Source: the human T2T-CHM13v2.0 reference genome, Homo sapiens. From it: a stretch of DNA of 64,000 nt. The position numbers were made by a program, and so were the translations under genes. The notes under the pieces are model-generated. The model worked only from the letters and a program-made list of their open reading frames with translations, had not been told where the DNA came from and searched no databases. Shown here piece by piece: positions 43,730 to 57,721 of the stretch; position 1 is the stretch's first letter, and each line of letters begins with the position of its first letter. The stretch lies in the NCBI RefSeq assembly GCF_009914755.1, contig NC_060942.1. The stretch is one strand, 5' to 3'.

Positions 43730-44219
43730 TCATTTCTTCTTGTGTTAAAAAAATGCCCTAAAACATAGCAGCTTCAAACATTTATTATATCAGTTTCTGT
43801 GAGTCAAGAATGCACATGTGGCTTAGCTGGGTGTCTCTGGCTCAAGAACTTGCAAGCTGCTGTTCATGGCTGTGGCTTCACCTGAAGTCTCAACTGAAAC
43901 TCATCTGCTTCCAAGCTCACTCACATGTCTCTTGGCAGGCCCTAGTCCCTTGACACATGGGCTGTCCATAGGGTGCCTTAAAACATAGCAGCTGGCTTTC
44001 TCCAGGGTGAGATCCAATGGAGAACAAGAGAGAGAAGGTGTCTAAGTCAGCAGCCACAGCTGTGTTTGCGAGCTAATCTCTAAAGTGACATTCCATCGCT
44101 TCTATCATATTCTCGTAGAAGTAACAGTTCAGCCCACACTCAAGGGAAGGGAATAACAATAATGTAAAAATACTAAGAAGAGTGGATTACTGTGGGCCAT
44201 GATAGAGGCTGGCTACCAA
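43730..44219 (-). mobile_element. MLT1 (F-H group) MaLR LTR
   Basis: tttctgtgagtcaagaat...ggcttagctggg...cttccaagctcactcacatg...cagcccacactcaaggg...gaggctggctacca. Confidence 0.78.
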
Positions 44220-44309
44220 TAATTGTAACTTAATATCAGTCAAATTTTAATTTAATTGGCTCACAAATTTATCGATTTTTCTTGAATTTTTACCTTTTAT
44301 CGAATCATA

Positions 44310-44668
44310 CTTTCTTAATCTGTTTGACCTGCTACTACAAAATACCATAAGTTGGATAATTTAAAAACAAAGGAAATGAATTTCTGCTCAGTACTGGAGG
44401 CTGGAAATTCTAAGATTCAAGACACCTGCGGATTGAGTGTCTGGTGAGAGCCTGGTTCAGAGAATGCTATCTTATCCTTCTATCCTCACATGGGAGAAGG
44501 GACAAGGAAGGGCTCTATGGTTTCTTTTGTAAGGGCACTAATTCCATTCATAAGGTCTCTGCCCTCATGAACTAATTGCCTCCCAAAAGCCCCATTTCCA
44601 AATACCATCACACAGGAAGTTAGGTCTCAACATAGAAGTTTTTAGGCACACAAATATTCTGTCATAGA
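44310..44668 (-). mobile_element. MLT1A-type MaLR LTR
   Basis: acaaaataccata...ctggaggctggaaattctaag...aagggcactaattccattcat...cctcccaaaagcccc. Confidence 0.85.
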
Positions 44669-45397
44669 TATGCTATGCTATTTATAGCATATATGTATTA
44701 CTTCTTGAATATTCTTCTTTAATAGCTGAATATCTACAAGTAGCAAAGCATTTCACCTTTATATGCCTGCAAATACCTTTCTTGAATCTGTGCTGTTAAT
44801 AACAGTTTAGCTAAATTAAAATTATTTTCTCTTACAAATAGTATTCTATCTATTCCTATGGATAAAACATTTTGATGTCAATTTTTTTTAGGTATTTTGC
44901 CTTTTCTCTGATCATTGGAAAACATTTTCATTATCCCTGAGAATCTCTACTTCTGTTGTGATGTGTTTAGTTTTTTGCTTATCATTTACCTTGCTCAATA
45001 CTAGAGAGTATAATTTCAACCAGAAGATTCATAATTGTACATCTTTTTGCAGAATATTTCAGAAATTATTCCTCTTTTTTGTAGAATACTGCTTTTCCTC
45101 CATGATCTCTTGCTTTTCAAACTCCACACATTGGTACAAAAAATATTTATTGAGTGCTTATTATGCTACATGCATAATTTTATGTACCAGGAATACTGAA
45201 ATGACCCCACCGCTACACATAAAGATTCTTGCCTTCTCTGTGTTTACATTTTAGTTTAATTTAATTTAGTTTTAATTGAAATGATTCTTTTGATAATATC
45301 TTTAAACATCTTAAACACACTTATAATTATTTTAGATTTGTTCTATAAAATTAATCTTTTCTGGATTTACTTCATGTCGATTAAAATGCAGTTTCCA

Positions 45398-45655
45398 TTG
45401 GGAGGCCAAGGGGGCTGGATCACCAGGTCAAGAGATCTAGGCCATCCTGGTCAACTTGGAAAAACCCTGTCTCTACTAAAAATACAAAAATTAGCTGGGC
45501 CTGGTGGTGCGTGTCTGTAATTCCAGCTACTCGGGAGGCTGAGCGGGAGAATTGCTTGAACCAGGGAGTCAGAGGTTGCGGTGAGCCGAGATTGCGCCAC
45601 TGCACTCCAGCTTGGCAACAGAGCGAGACTCTGTCTCAAAAAAAAAAAAAAAAAA
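45398..45655 (+). mobile_element. AluSc, 5'-truncated
   Basis: aggtcaagagatc diagnostic. TSD aaaatgcagtttcca / aaaatgcaatttcca. Confidence 0.93.
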
Positions 45656-48220
45656 AAAATGCAATTTCCAGAAAGGCTGATAATTTGTCTGATGCATTAT
45701 CTCTGGTCTGTATTTGTAGTTTCTGGGACAATATCTGGCATATTTAGATTCACTACAAATCATTGTTAATGGATGATTGTTGGTTTTGTTGGTTCTCTTC
45801 CGTATTAAACTCTTTGTTCTGAAATTTTGTTTGGCAGGATTTTTTTGACAAACTGAAGATTTTGTTTGTTATTCTTATCTTCATGATGTGCCACTTTTGA
45901 ATATCCTTTCCTGACTAGTCCTTTTGTACCTCCTTCATTTAGCATCCTGAGCTCCCTTAATGTAACATCATCTCTGAGCTTTTGTGCTAAATGATGTCGG
46001 GTGTGACAGATCCAGATGCCAGCCTCAGGGGGCTTGATTGGGTTTCTGATGGAGAAGACTGAGCTTTTGTTTTCTTTACTCATCATGATCTTGTCTTGTT
46101 ATAAAACCAAACCTCAAAGGAATGGGTTAGTAGTGGTTTTCTCAGCCCCATTCCAGCCCTTGCTTTCAAGGTTTGAACTAGGTTCTAGTTGTGCTCCTTA
46201 AGAGAAACAGAGTTTATAGGGTGTGAACCTCCACCTGCTGCTGCCTGTTCTTTTAAAAAGTCAGAACAAAACAGTTTTAAACTATAATTTCATAACAAAA
46301 GTGTTTATTATAGAGGACATTGAAGATATGGCAGGTCATTAGCCTAATTAGAGATTCTTGTATTATTATGGGTTGGCCTTTCTTCTATCTTCACTAAGTC
46401 ACTTTTTAAAATGTGGAATTAACATAAAGGTGTTTCTATTTTACTTCAGCTTCACAAAAAATGCTGTTACAGATTCTTATTATACAGCAGACGTAATTTT
46501 GAAATATGATTCTTGATTCACACAAGTAAAAATTTTATTGTTGGTTATTTTGGATATGTCCATGAACTCCAGAAATATATACCTTTTCATTTTTTTATTC
46601 TGCACATCATTATTTTTTACTTCAAAACTAACTCTTTTATAATAAGTCAACCTTAGATACTGCTTTGAGCCCGTGGAAATTAAGCCATATTCATTCTCCT
46701 TACTTACAGAACATTTACTGGACATCAGAAATGGTTTATTATATGTATATTTTATTTTTGGATGTGAGACATGTAGAATTACTTTTGAATTTTCTTTTCT
46801 TAAAAGTAAAACTGAGACACCTATTCAACTCAAAAAATATTTAAACTATTTTAAACTATTATTGAATAATTAGAAGGGGAGAAGAAAAATTACATTGCTT
46901 TATTGTAAAGAATGCTGGAATTCAGATGAAAAATTTCCTGATGTCATAAGTCGTTTCTTTGTAGTTTATATTTCCCTTCAATTACATATGTCATTTCAAT
47001 TTTATATGTCCCATTTCATTTTATTAAGTTTTGTTTTGCAAAACTTTGTTGCCTTTTTATCCCTACTCTCCCCCACTTTAAGCCACCAGCATTTTGCTGT
47101 CCTCAAGTGCAAATCACTTAAATGCCAATCATCCAAAAAATATTTTTATCTAAACAATTCTATTTCAGGTTAAAAACATCCTGCATTATATTTAGGCATT
47201 TTTCTTTAGTTAGATATCTTATATTTTCAAAATATATTTTTATAAATATATTTTGAAATTTGATAAATAGTATTAGAAACAAGTTGAAAAATGGCACTCA
47301 AAGTAAGTTGTTTTTTAGAATTGATTTTTTATAACCTTTTGTTACCCATAATTGTTAAGTAGGAAGTGTGAAGTAAATTTTGTAAATGATGATTCTTCCT
47401 ACAACTTAATGAGGGTGAATTTTAACATGTTTGCTATGCTTGAAAGTGGTAAAATTTTGTGAATAGAAATGTTTCTCTTTGCTTATAAACATGTTTTCTG
47501 AAAGTGCAGCTATAAACATATTTATGTTACATCAATCACACGGTTGCATTGCCAAATAGAGTTTAATAGTGCTATATACTAAAGTTGTATATGTGTTTTG
47601 GACAACACCAAAAAATTTTACAATGTTTTGAAAAAGAAGTGTGAATTAAAAGCCATTTTAAAAACCTATAAACATATATAGATAGGTGTTACATGTATAC
47701 ATGCACATACACATGGACACACACACATACGTGTATGACTCATCAGAATGTGGTTGATGCAGCTGTGAACCCATAGAATAAGAGGCAGCCCAAGAATGTG
47801 CCATTTCCCCAAATAGTATACATGCCTAACCTGCTAGAAAACAGCAAGCACTAATGCTGTGCATCGTTTAGTACCATGGTGAATAACAGTGGTAAAAGTA
47901 GCCATCCTTGTCATGTTCCAGATTATCTGCTGATTAATTGAAGGAATTTTGATCACATGACTTCATGAAATTTTCTAATTTGGGGTTTTTATATATTTTT
48001 CTAACATCTAACAGGAAAAAATATTCTAAAAATGAAATGGAGGTGTAATTGTATGAGCAAAGTGGATATTGAGCTACATAATAAACAAAACAACAAAGCC
48101 AAATATTTGAAGACTATGAAACATTCTAGTCAAGTTCTTTATTCACTTAACTACATTCCTAGAAGTTGTGTTCTTCACCACAGTTTAGTTTCCAAAGTTA
48201 TAAAACAAAACAAAACAAAT

Positions 48221-49185
48221 ACAATAATGCATAATTCAAGGATGAGATACAGTCTGAGAAATATGTCATCAAGCAATTTCATTATTGTATGGGCATCATA
48301 GAGCATAATTACACAAACATAGATGATGTAGCCTACTACATAACTGGCCTATTCCTTGTAGGCTAAAAATCTGTACAGAATACTCCACTGAATGCTATAG
48401 GTCATTGCAACACAATAGTAAGTATTTGCATATCTAAACATACGTAAACCTACAAAAAGTACAGTAAAAGTATGGAATAAAAAATTTAAAAATGATGTGA
48501 CTGCATAGGGCCCTTACCATGAATAAAGACTGCAAGACTGGAAGCTGCATTGGGTGTCAGTAACTGAGTGGTAAGTGACTGTGAAGGGCTAGGACATTAT
48601 AGTACACTACTGTAGACTTTACAAACATTTGATAAGGTTTGACTCTGTGTCCCCATCCAAATCTTATCTCGAATTGTAATCACCACATGTCAAGGGAGGG
48701 ACCTGGTGGGAAGCTATTGGATTATGGCAGTGGTTTCCTTTATGCTGTTCTCTTGATAGTGAGTGAGTTCTCACCAGATCTGATGGTTTTAAAAAGTGTT
48801 TGGCAGTTCCCCTGTATTCTCTCTCTCTCTCTCCTGCTGCCTTGTGAAGAAGGTGTCTGCTTTCCCTTTGTCTTCTGCCATAATTGTAAGTTTCCTAAGG
48901 CTTCCCCAGCCATGCAGAACTGTGAGTCAATTATATCTCTTTTGTTTATAAATTACCCAGTCTCAAGTAGCATATTTATAGCAATCTGAGAACAGACTAA
49001 TCAACCCTGTACACTTAGGCTACACTATATTTATAATAAAATATTTGTATTTCTCCAATAATAAATTGAGCTTAGCTTACTGGAATGTTTGTATTTTAAA
49101 GCTTTTTCTAACTTTTCTACTCTTTTCTAGTAAGACAGCTTAAAACACAAACACCTTGTAGAGCTGTAGAAAAATATTACCTTAT
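48221..49185 (+). mobile_element. Tigger3(b) DNA transposon split by a THE1 LTR
   Basis: tctgagaaatatgtcat...tagcctactaca...agggcccttaccatgaat...cactactgtagacttt | tgtacacttaggctacacta. Confidence 0.85.
48630..49003 (+). mobile_element. THE1D solo LTR nested in Tigger3
   Basis: tgataaggtttgactctgtgtcccca ... aaaagtgtttggcagttcccc ... gactaatca. Confidence 0.9.
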
Positions 49186-50778
49186 GGACGAATGAATATT
49201 AAAAAATATTTTATTTGAGTTGAATAAAACTTTGAAGGACAAAGAAAGTGGCAAGTCACAAATAATTTCAGGAGGTAATGGACTGAAAAACAAGAGGCCA
49301 TGAACCAAAGCCAAAGCTAAGAAAAGATAGTGCACCAAGGGAGTTCATGAAAAATGTCTTCAGGCAGAGGGTGATTAGCGTATGGAACAACAAGCAATTA
49401 GAAACAAGGAGTGTCATTAAACAATTTGATCACTGCTCCTCAAATGGATGGATATCACTGGACAGCCGAGTTTTTAGTCCGCAGACTCTCATGTATAAGC
49501 AGAAAGGCAAAAAGAAGAGATATATTTAAGTTTAAATAATATAGCACACTCTTCAAGTGAGTAAGTGAGTGAGTGAATTTATCTTGCAACAGGGCATGTG
49601 AGTTATGGTTCAATATGTAGAGAACAGCAATTATGGAATAATAAAGTATGATTGTGATCAATAATCATTTTATGATAAAAGCACTAACAAAATCAAGTAT
49701 GCATAGAGTAGAGCTTGCATAGGATGCCTTGAGAAATACTCTAAGACTTTGGCATCCTGGACAAACCCATTATCTCCCTAAAGAGCCAACATTTCACCAT
49801 TAATTTCCTTTTTTTTCTTTTTCAAAAATTGGCAAATAAAATTATATGTATTTACTGTGTATAACCTTATTTTGCCATTCCACAATGTACACATATATCA
49901 AAACATCATTAATTGTAAATTTAAATTAAGATGATTTTACCATAGTCAAAAACTTTACACATGATTTCATAGGAACATTACCTTTAAATAATGCTATAAA
50001 TTCCAGGAAAAGAGTAGAGTTATGAGGAAAACAAATATGAGGAACAAGTTATAAAGGGGTGTTTCTAATTTAAAGCATTAACTATGTGTCAGATATAGAA
50101 CTTCGGTGGGGGGTCTTGGGTGGCCAGTGAGAATGGAGTAAATATCTGAAACACGATTGAAAGCCCTACAAAAGAGACTCAGGATTTCTAGTGACAGCAG
50201 TTTCACAATTCTGCATAAAGTTGTCTTTGAAAGGAAATTTTTAAGTTTAAAACATTGTAAGGTTCTCACCAAAATACTGTAATATCTTTGTAAAGTGACT
50301 CTCTTTCTCCTGATCCTTGTAATCTCAGAATGAGGTGATGAAAAAATGTGTTAGGTAAGTCAGAAGACAGTGCTTTCTCTAGTTCCTAAGAATCTTGTAA
50401 TTCACTTTCTTGTGAATCCATGGAACACATAGATGCATTCAGAACACTGAAGTGTGGCAGTTTTAACACATTAGACTCACTCTTCCAGACAACTGGATTG
50501 CACAGGCATGACTAGGCTCGAACAACCAAATGCCCAGGATAAATTCAGGTGCTAGGTAAGAGTAACTCCAAAGCTTTGATGTGTTTATTAGGTATGATTT
50601 GATAGATAGCTTTCCAGAGCTATGGGGAAAAAAGGTTGAGAATTATGAAAATCCATTGTGAGACAAATGAGCAGAAGCCACATATAAAATACGAGAGATA
50701 GAGTGGTTGAAATGGAGGAAGGGCAATCGTGCCTGGGGCTATACTGTGAGCTAATTAAAATACAATATGGTATTTTGA

Positions 50779-51188
<410 letters not shown>

Positions 51189-51859
51189 TGGATGCCACTC
51201 TTTTAATGAAAAGTTTCTTCAAAAATGTTTTTTGCTTAATGTATACTCAGTTATTAAACAATAATTAATGCATACCCACTATGGACCAGGTTCTTATGTG
51301 GGCACCGGGGAAATCATGCCTCACTGATGATCCCAAGTGAGTAATGTCAATGATATCTCCAAGCAGGTTAATGCAGTTTAAAACAGTGGCAATTTTGGTG
51401 CCAAAGGACAACTGGTGAGCGTTACATTATTGTTTCTGTTTATTGCTACTTTTGCTACTAATTTGTTTGGAAGTTTAGTTAATTTATTTTCAGATTTGGG
51501 CATTCCATTTCTAAGAAGAGTAATGGCAATCTACAGCTAGGAGGCTGGCCATCTGAAAATGAATATCTGAAGGAAGTAAAAATAATTATTTATAAAAGAG
51601 AGACAAAAGTGGAACCCACAGCTTTAGGAATGTCCACATGTGGGTAAGAAGACAGTTGATTCTGTGTCACTTCAGAGAGCAGTCGAAGGAATTCAGGAAG
51701 AAGTTACAGGAAAGCATATTTTATGTGAAAGTATTTTCTAACAACTGGTGTTGACTAACAAAGAACATTACCAAAATTATTTGAGTCAGAAGAATTGTAT
51801 ACTGGTGTGCGGGTTGAAGTCTGTTTATAAGAAGGCTTTACATTGAAGAGGTTAAGAGT

Positions 51860-52070
51860 ATGTGTTAGAGTCAGACCTGGGCTCAAATGTGAAACTTACT
51901 ATTAGCTTTCTCGTCTTGGGCAATTTACTACTCTCTCTAAGCCTGAGTTCAATCATCTGTATAGCAGGACAACAATGTCTGCTTGAGGAATTATGTGGAT
52001 GGTTAAATAAGATAAGATAGAAAGAGAGTTTAGAGCAGTTTCTGGCTGTGAAAAGATTTGTTATTCTACT
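51860..52070 (+). mobile_element. MIR
   Basis: gagtcagacctgggctcaaat...cttgggcaatttact...tctctaagcctgagtt...catctgta core. Confidence 0.7.
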
Positions 52071-53019
52071 GTTTTTAGCATAGATACACTAATGAGTATA
52101 CATAAATTAAGGAATTATCTTGATTTCAATAACTACAGCTCTCATTATTCATAATCTATAGCTACATATTTCTTATTTGTTAAGTATAATATTAAAGAAA
52201 TAAACTTTAGATTATCCACTTTAAAATCCTGGAAAGAGATTGATTCCAAAGAATGAAATTCATAGAAAACTAAAATATTCAGGTTTATATCTTTGCAAGA
52301 ATTCCTATACAGAATCTGATTGTTAGGTAATAACGAATTAAGTTAATACTTTATATCGAAACATTATCATTTGAGAAATACTGGAAAGATATTAGGTGTA
52401 ATTCAGGTATAAACTCATAAGACTTAGACAACATATAAATTGGATAAATAAATAAATAAAGTCATGTGGAAAAAAATCACAACCTACACTGTAAGAGGCA
52501 TACAGCTTAAGATGACAAATTCACAAGGAAAACATGGCTATCACAGATTGTTCCAATGTGTCCTGTGGTCATTGGCATACCTTGGAAATACTGAAAACAA
52601 TGTTAATCTCAAATCATTTAATGAACAGGAGCTCTTTCCATATTCTCTGACTGTGGCTGTGTCGGTCAGGGTTGATCAGAAGAGCAGAATCACTAAGTCT
52701 GATATATAAAGGATTTGCCACATGATTATACTTCGTACAGTGGTGAGAGCTGATTAAACAGTCAGTGTTAGAAGACTGTGCTTCTGTATTTATGCTGGGG
52801 ACTGAGATCAGCAAGGCAGGCAGTCAAAAAAGAGAAAATACTGGAAAATGGGGAAAAAGAAAAAAACAAAAACAAGCAGGAACCTACAGCAATGAGTTCA
52901 GACGCATAAGCGCAGACATCAAATCTCTCACTGACTCGTTCTCCTAGTGAACCTGGTTGGTATGGATTATTGGAATGATATTAAGTATTGATAAACTAAC
53001 ATGGGGAAAATGACCTATT

Positions 53020-54700
53020 AATCATGTGAAGATTTCCTGTTCAAGAATCAGGCATGTTTTTCTGTTCAACACTACTTTTTGTCTATTAGGAGTGTTTTAA
53101 TGTTTTCCTCCTATAGATTATATACATTTCTCATTAATTTTACTACTAAGTATTTAATAATCTTTGTTGCTGTTATAAATGGAGTCATTATTTTCTCCAA
53201 CTGGTTATTGTTTATATATAAGAAGACTATTGGCTCCATACATTAATTTATGTACTGCTATCTCAATATTTTTTCAAGTAAAATACCATATCCATAAGTA
53301 GAGATAGATGTGCTTTCTCTTTACAATTTATTGTATCTCTAATTGGTCTATCTTGTACAATTTCATTGGGTAATACCTCCAGGGAAAGAAATCTTTTAAT
53401 TGTACTTTAGAAAGTGTAAATAAAATAATGGTTACTTATCTGTGTAGACAGGCACCTACTGAATCTCTATTAACAACAATTATGGCTTTAGGACATTATT
53501 CAGCCTCAATGAAATAAATAATACATTTGATCTTCTTTGGTTCCTTAATATGGTATATTATATAAGTAGATTTTCTAAAATTGAATTAACTTTGCACTTT
53601 TGGAATTCATTCGATCTTTTTATTTAGAGGATGTGGGAAATTTCTTCTTCTCATGTTTAAAGACCAATTGCTTGTAATTATTGTGTCGAGAACTCTAACG
53701 TTTCTGGGACATTACTCTATTTGCATGCTTGCTGATACATTTGCCTGACACAGTTTCATGGATGCCAGTAGAAGGCACAAGAGTCCAGGATCAGACAAGA
53801 AGAAAATTTATTACAGAAATAGCAGTAGGCAAGCATTCTTACATGAGTTCCTCCATGCAGATTTCAATGGAGTGATGCAAGGAGGCCTGGTGGCACCTGC
53901 ACATTCTATGGATTCTGTTACAAAAGGTGAACCCTGAGGAAAAAATGTATAATGAGCAGTGAGCATGCCTGGCCTGCCCTGAACAGAGACATTGTATCTT
54001 CCAAGGTCAAATGCCTTATAAACATCCTTGAAAAAAGTGTCTGGATAGTCTGGAGAATTATTTCTTTTCAATAGAGTTTTCAATATATAGATTTCAGTTC
54101 TCTTCATTTTTGAATGTTTTATTTAATTTGAATTCTGAATAATAGTAGAATTTGCTTCATTTTTTGAGTACCCCCTAGAATTTGATGTATTCTTTTACTT
54201 GTCTTCCACTTTAACAATTTTCTTCTCAAATATATTGATTCTTTATTTTTCTTATTTTCACATTCTTGCTTTGTGTTTTTCCTTTCTGGCTTTCTTCATT
54301 CTCCTTTATTTAATATATAGTTAATTTTCTTCTCCCTTGAGCACTTTGTAAATTGTCTTCATTTTTGAAATTATATTTTTTCTTTTGTGCCTGTTAGTTG
54401 CCTAATTCATTTTATTCTTATTTCATTTTTCTCTCTGATTTCACATTTCTATTCTCAATTTGAAAATGTCTCATTTCAGGTTTCTTTCATATCTTCGACT
54501 GATTGTTTAGGATATTTAATTAAGGTATTTAGGTTGTGTTATAATTCTTATCTCTTCTAGTTTTCATGATAGCTGGGAGGAAAGGGTACTTTTAGGAGGT
54601 GAAACGCTTTGTCCTCTTTTTATGTTTTCTTCTCATGGTAGATAGAGACTGTTGATATGTGTGTACTTTGTGAATTGACAGCACAAGATCCCTTACTCAA
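53020..54700 (-). mobile_element. Very old L1M remnants with an ERVL LTR (MER74/MER54-like, ~53680-54050) nested inside
   Basis: Degenerate antisense L1 text. Nested cacagtttcatggatgccagtagaaggcacaagagtcc resembles the MER74 group. Confidence 0.45.
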
Positions 54701-54717
54701 GAACACTCTTTTTAAGT

Positions 54718-55033
54718 TCTGTGCAGTGGCTCATGCCTATAATCCCAACACTTTGGGAGGCTGGAGTCAGAGGATGATTTGAGGCCAGAAGTTTGAGACC
54801 AGCCCCGACAACATAACAAGACCCCATCTGTACAAAATATATACATATATATTACAAAATTAGCCAGGTGTGGTGGTGGTGCGTGCCTGTAGTTCCAGCT
54901 ACTCAGGAGGCTGAGGCAGGAGGATTACCTGAGTCGAGGAGTCCAGGCTGCAATGAGCCATGATTGCACTGCTGTAGTCCAGCCTGGGCAACAGAGAGAG
55001 ACTCTGATACCTTATCTCAAAAGAAGAAAAAAA
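54718..55033 (+). mobile_element. AluJ
   Basis: gaggccagaagtttgagacc and gaggattacctgag...ggctgcaatgagccatgattgc. Confidence 0.9.
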
Positions 55034-55182
55034 TACTCTCTTCTGTTGGTGTGCAATATTCAGTTTTCTTAATTATTTGCATTTTATAGAGATTGGGAGG
55101 GTGCTCTGTCTTCTTCATTTTTTTTTTTTGTCTTTTACATATTCCTGTTTATCCTCCTTCTCAAGAACTGATGGCTTCATCA

Positions 55183-55400
55183 GTGTTATGTCTGGCTGTG
55201 GGTGTTGGTCACGTGAAGATGACAGACGATGAGCTTGTGTATAACGTTCACTTGGCTGTCAACTTCTTGGTGTCATTGCTCAAGAAAAACTGGCAGAATG
55301 TCCGGGCCTTATATATCAAGAGCACCATGGGCAAGCCCCGGTGCCTATATTAAGGCACATTTGAATAAATTATATTACCAGTAAAAAAAAAAAAAAAAAA
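55183..55400 (+). pseudogene. RPL10A: 5'-truncated processed pseudogene of 60S ribosomal protein L10a (uL1)
   Basis: Encodes [56 protein letters not shown], the last 56 aa of RPL10A with ~4 changes from my recalled sequence. TAA at 55351-53, short 3'UTR, AATAAA at 55364-69, A18 tail at 55383-55400. Confidence 0.95.
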
Positions 55401-55661
55401 GTTCAATTCACATAGAATCATTGAGTCCTGACCAAACACTCTGAAAAATTGTGAGATATGAATAAAGGTCGTATTTATGTTAAGTTTTAATAAAGGTAAG
55501 CAATATGAAAAATATAAATGTATTGTGATGTCAGTAAGATTTTACCATCCCACTTAATCTTTTGCTTTGAATTTTTAAAAAGTAGTGTATTCATTTTGGG
55601 GAGTATATTGAGACTGAGAAATTTTGAAACATGTTTTAAGCTCATTTTCAAAATCTTTGCA

Positions 55662-55815
55662 TTGTTTTACCAGAACTAAATTTGTGTTAGAAGATCTTGT
55701 GTTAGAAGATACCAGTACTAAATCTGTGTTAGAAGATAGTAAATTGCTGTTAGAAGGTTGTTTTACCAGTGCTAAATTTGTGTTAGGGCACGAAGATTGT
55801 GTTAGATTTGTGTTC
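55662..55815. repeat. Irregular nested direct repeats (tgtgttagaagat / accagtactaaatttgtgttag)
   Basis: About seven variable-length copies of one local ~34-nt template. Confidence 0.85.
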
Positions 55816-57721
55816 GTAAAATTTGCCAACTATAACCACTAAGGAAAATACATCAGAATGATTATTGGTTATATTGCCATTTAAGTGTTCTCGATAATTG
55901 TTTTCACTGAATTTAAATAAATATAAAACTCTTAAGTTTTAAAGGAGGATAAATTGCTATGTGACTTTTCTTAGTAATGTCACAATTAGTAATCTTGACA
56001 AGGCATGTTTTAAAATAGTAACTATTCATTAGCACAATTACATAAAGAACTAATATAATAATGTTTAAAGAACTTTTATATTTTTTCAAAATTTTTTCCA
56101 AGTTGAAATTCTTAATTCTACATTTCTATTCCCGCAGTTGTTTTTCATAATAATTAATATCTTTAAGTAATATATAATTTTTAAAATCAATGTTATTTAC
56201 TGACCATAAAGTTCCTTTCTATGTAATATCTACTGAAAGATTTTCCCTGTTAGTTGCCCACTAATTTTATATGAAGTAACTGTCATCAGCTATCTAAACC
56301 AGTAAATATTTCCAAATATATTGTAAATTTTGAAACATTATTTATTATAAAAATAACTTCATATATTATATTTAGATTTCAGAGGTTTAAAAGCTGAAAA
56401 CTACATCTTATTTTAATTTGACAATTACTTTCTTTGTTTGGTTGCGTTTTTTTTAAAGACTCAGTCCTAATAATCTTCCTTTCAAAATGTCTTCCAAATA
56501 TAATATTTTATTCATAAGGAACAATTAATGTTTTTCAAATTTTATGGAAAAATCCCAAATCCCAAATTTTTACTCCCTTTGGAAGTATTTTCCACTGAAA
56601 ACACGTCAAGCAATTCTCAGTACATCCAAACACCTCAGTTGCTAAGCAACTGCTAATGAATTTTCCACCAAAAAGGTTTCAGACCAGGTCTTCAAGATAT
56701 CAAATATTCACACAGCCCTTGATGCCTTTGCAAAATGTCTCTCTATTGTAGCATGAAAAAGTTACTGCAAATAATAAGTAGAAGCTACTGGTTACAGCTA
56801 TAATGTGGGGGGAGAAAGCAAGCAAAAATCATTTTAGTTTACTGTTTCTGAGGCTTGGCTTCTTTCATTACATTTTACCTAAGAAAATGTAGATAATTTA
56901 ATAGCTATAAGTAAAGACTTTATTGTCTTAATTAGTGTAAGATAATTTAATTGAAAATAGTTTAATGTAAATACATTATAAGGCTATTTGAAAATAAATA
57001 CAGCATATCTTTTTATAGAAAGTGAATTTTTCAATAGAAGTTATTTTTCTTTTCTAATGTTAGTATTTCATACCACAGATATCTATTTTAAATAGATATC
57101 TATTCATTATATGTTCTTTATATGCTAATATAACATACTTGCTATTAGCTACTTTTAAATCAGATGTATAAATTTACATTTAGCATGATAGTTTTTTAAT
57201 ATGTTAAGTTTTAAATATTTTGTTTTAATAAATTTTGAACTCTTAAGAAAAATGCAATTAATAATATTCTTACTGACTTGCAAGAAGTACCTCTATTGTT
57301 TTAGAAATTATTCTCATACATCAATAAAAATGCATCACTGTGTAATGGAAAGAGAAGAAAATTAGTTCTGAAGCTATCATGTAATAGCTGATTGAATTTT
57401 GGACAAATAATATTGCTTATCATCAGTATCCTTATCTGTAATATTTTTTAAATTGGAGTAAGGACAATACCTCCAAAGGATTTAGCATTATTAAATAAAG
57501 TTATAGTCATAAGAATACTTTATAAATCACACACTAATATATACATATTTATTTTAAATTGTATAACATGTTGGTTTTTTATTGAATTAATTACTAAATT
57601 ACATTATAACATTGTAGTATTACATTATAAAAGTGATGGACATTGATCAAAAAATATATTGAGCTTCCACATATACTTACAAAAATGTCAAATAATTTTG
57701 CAATTCTATGTTCAGGAAAAC

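Noticed and set aside
55093-55353. 86-aa ORF as a functional RPL10A paralogue
   Set aside because: It starts at a non-ATG codon in unrelated flank, and only the last 56 codons are RPL10A-derived.
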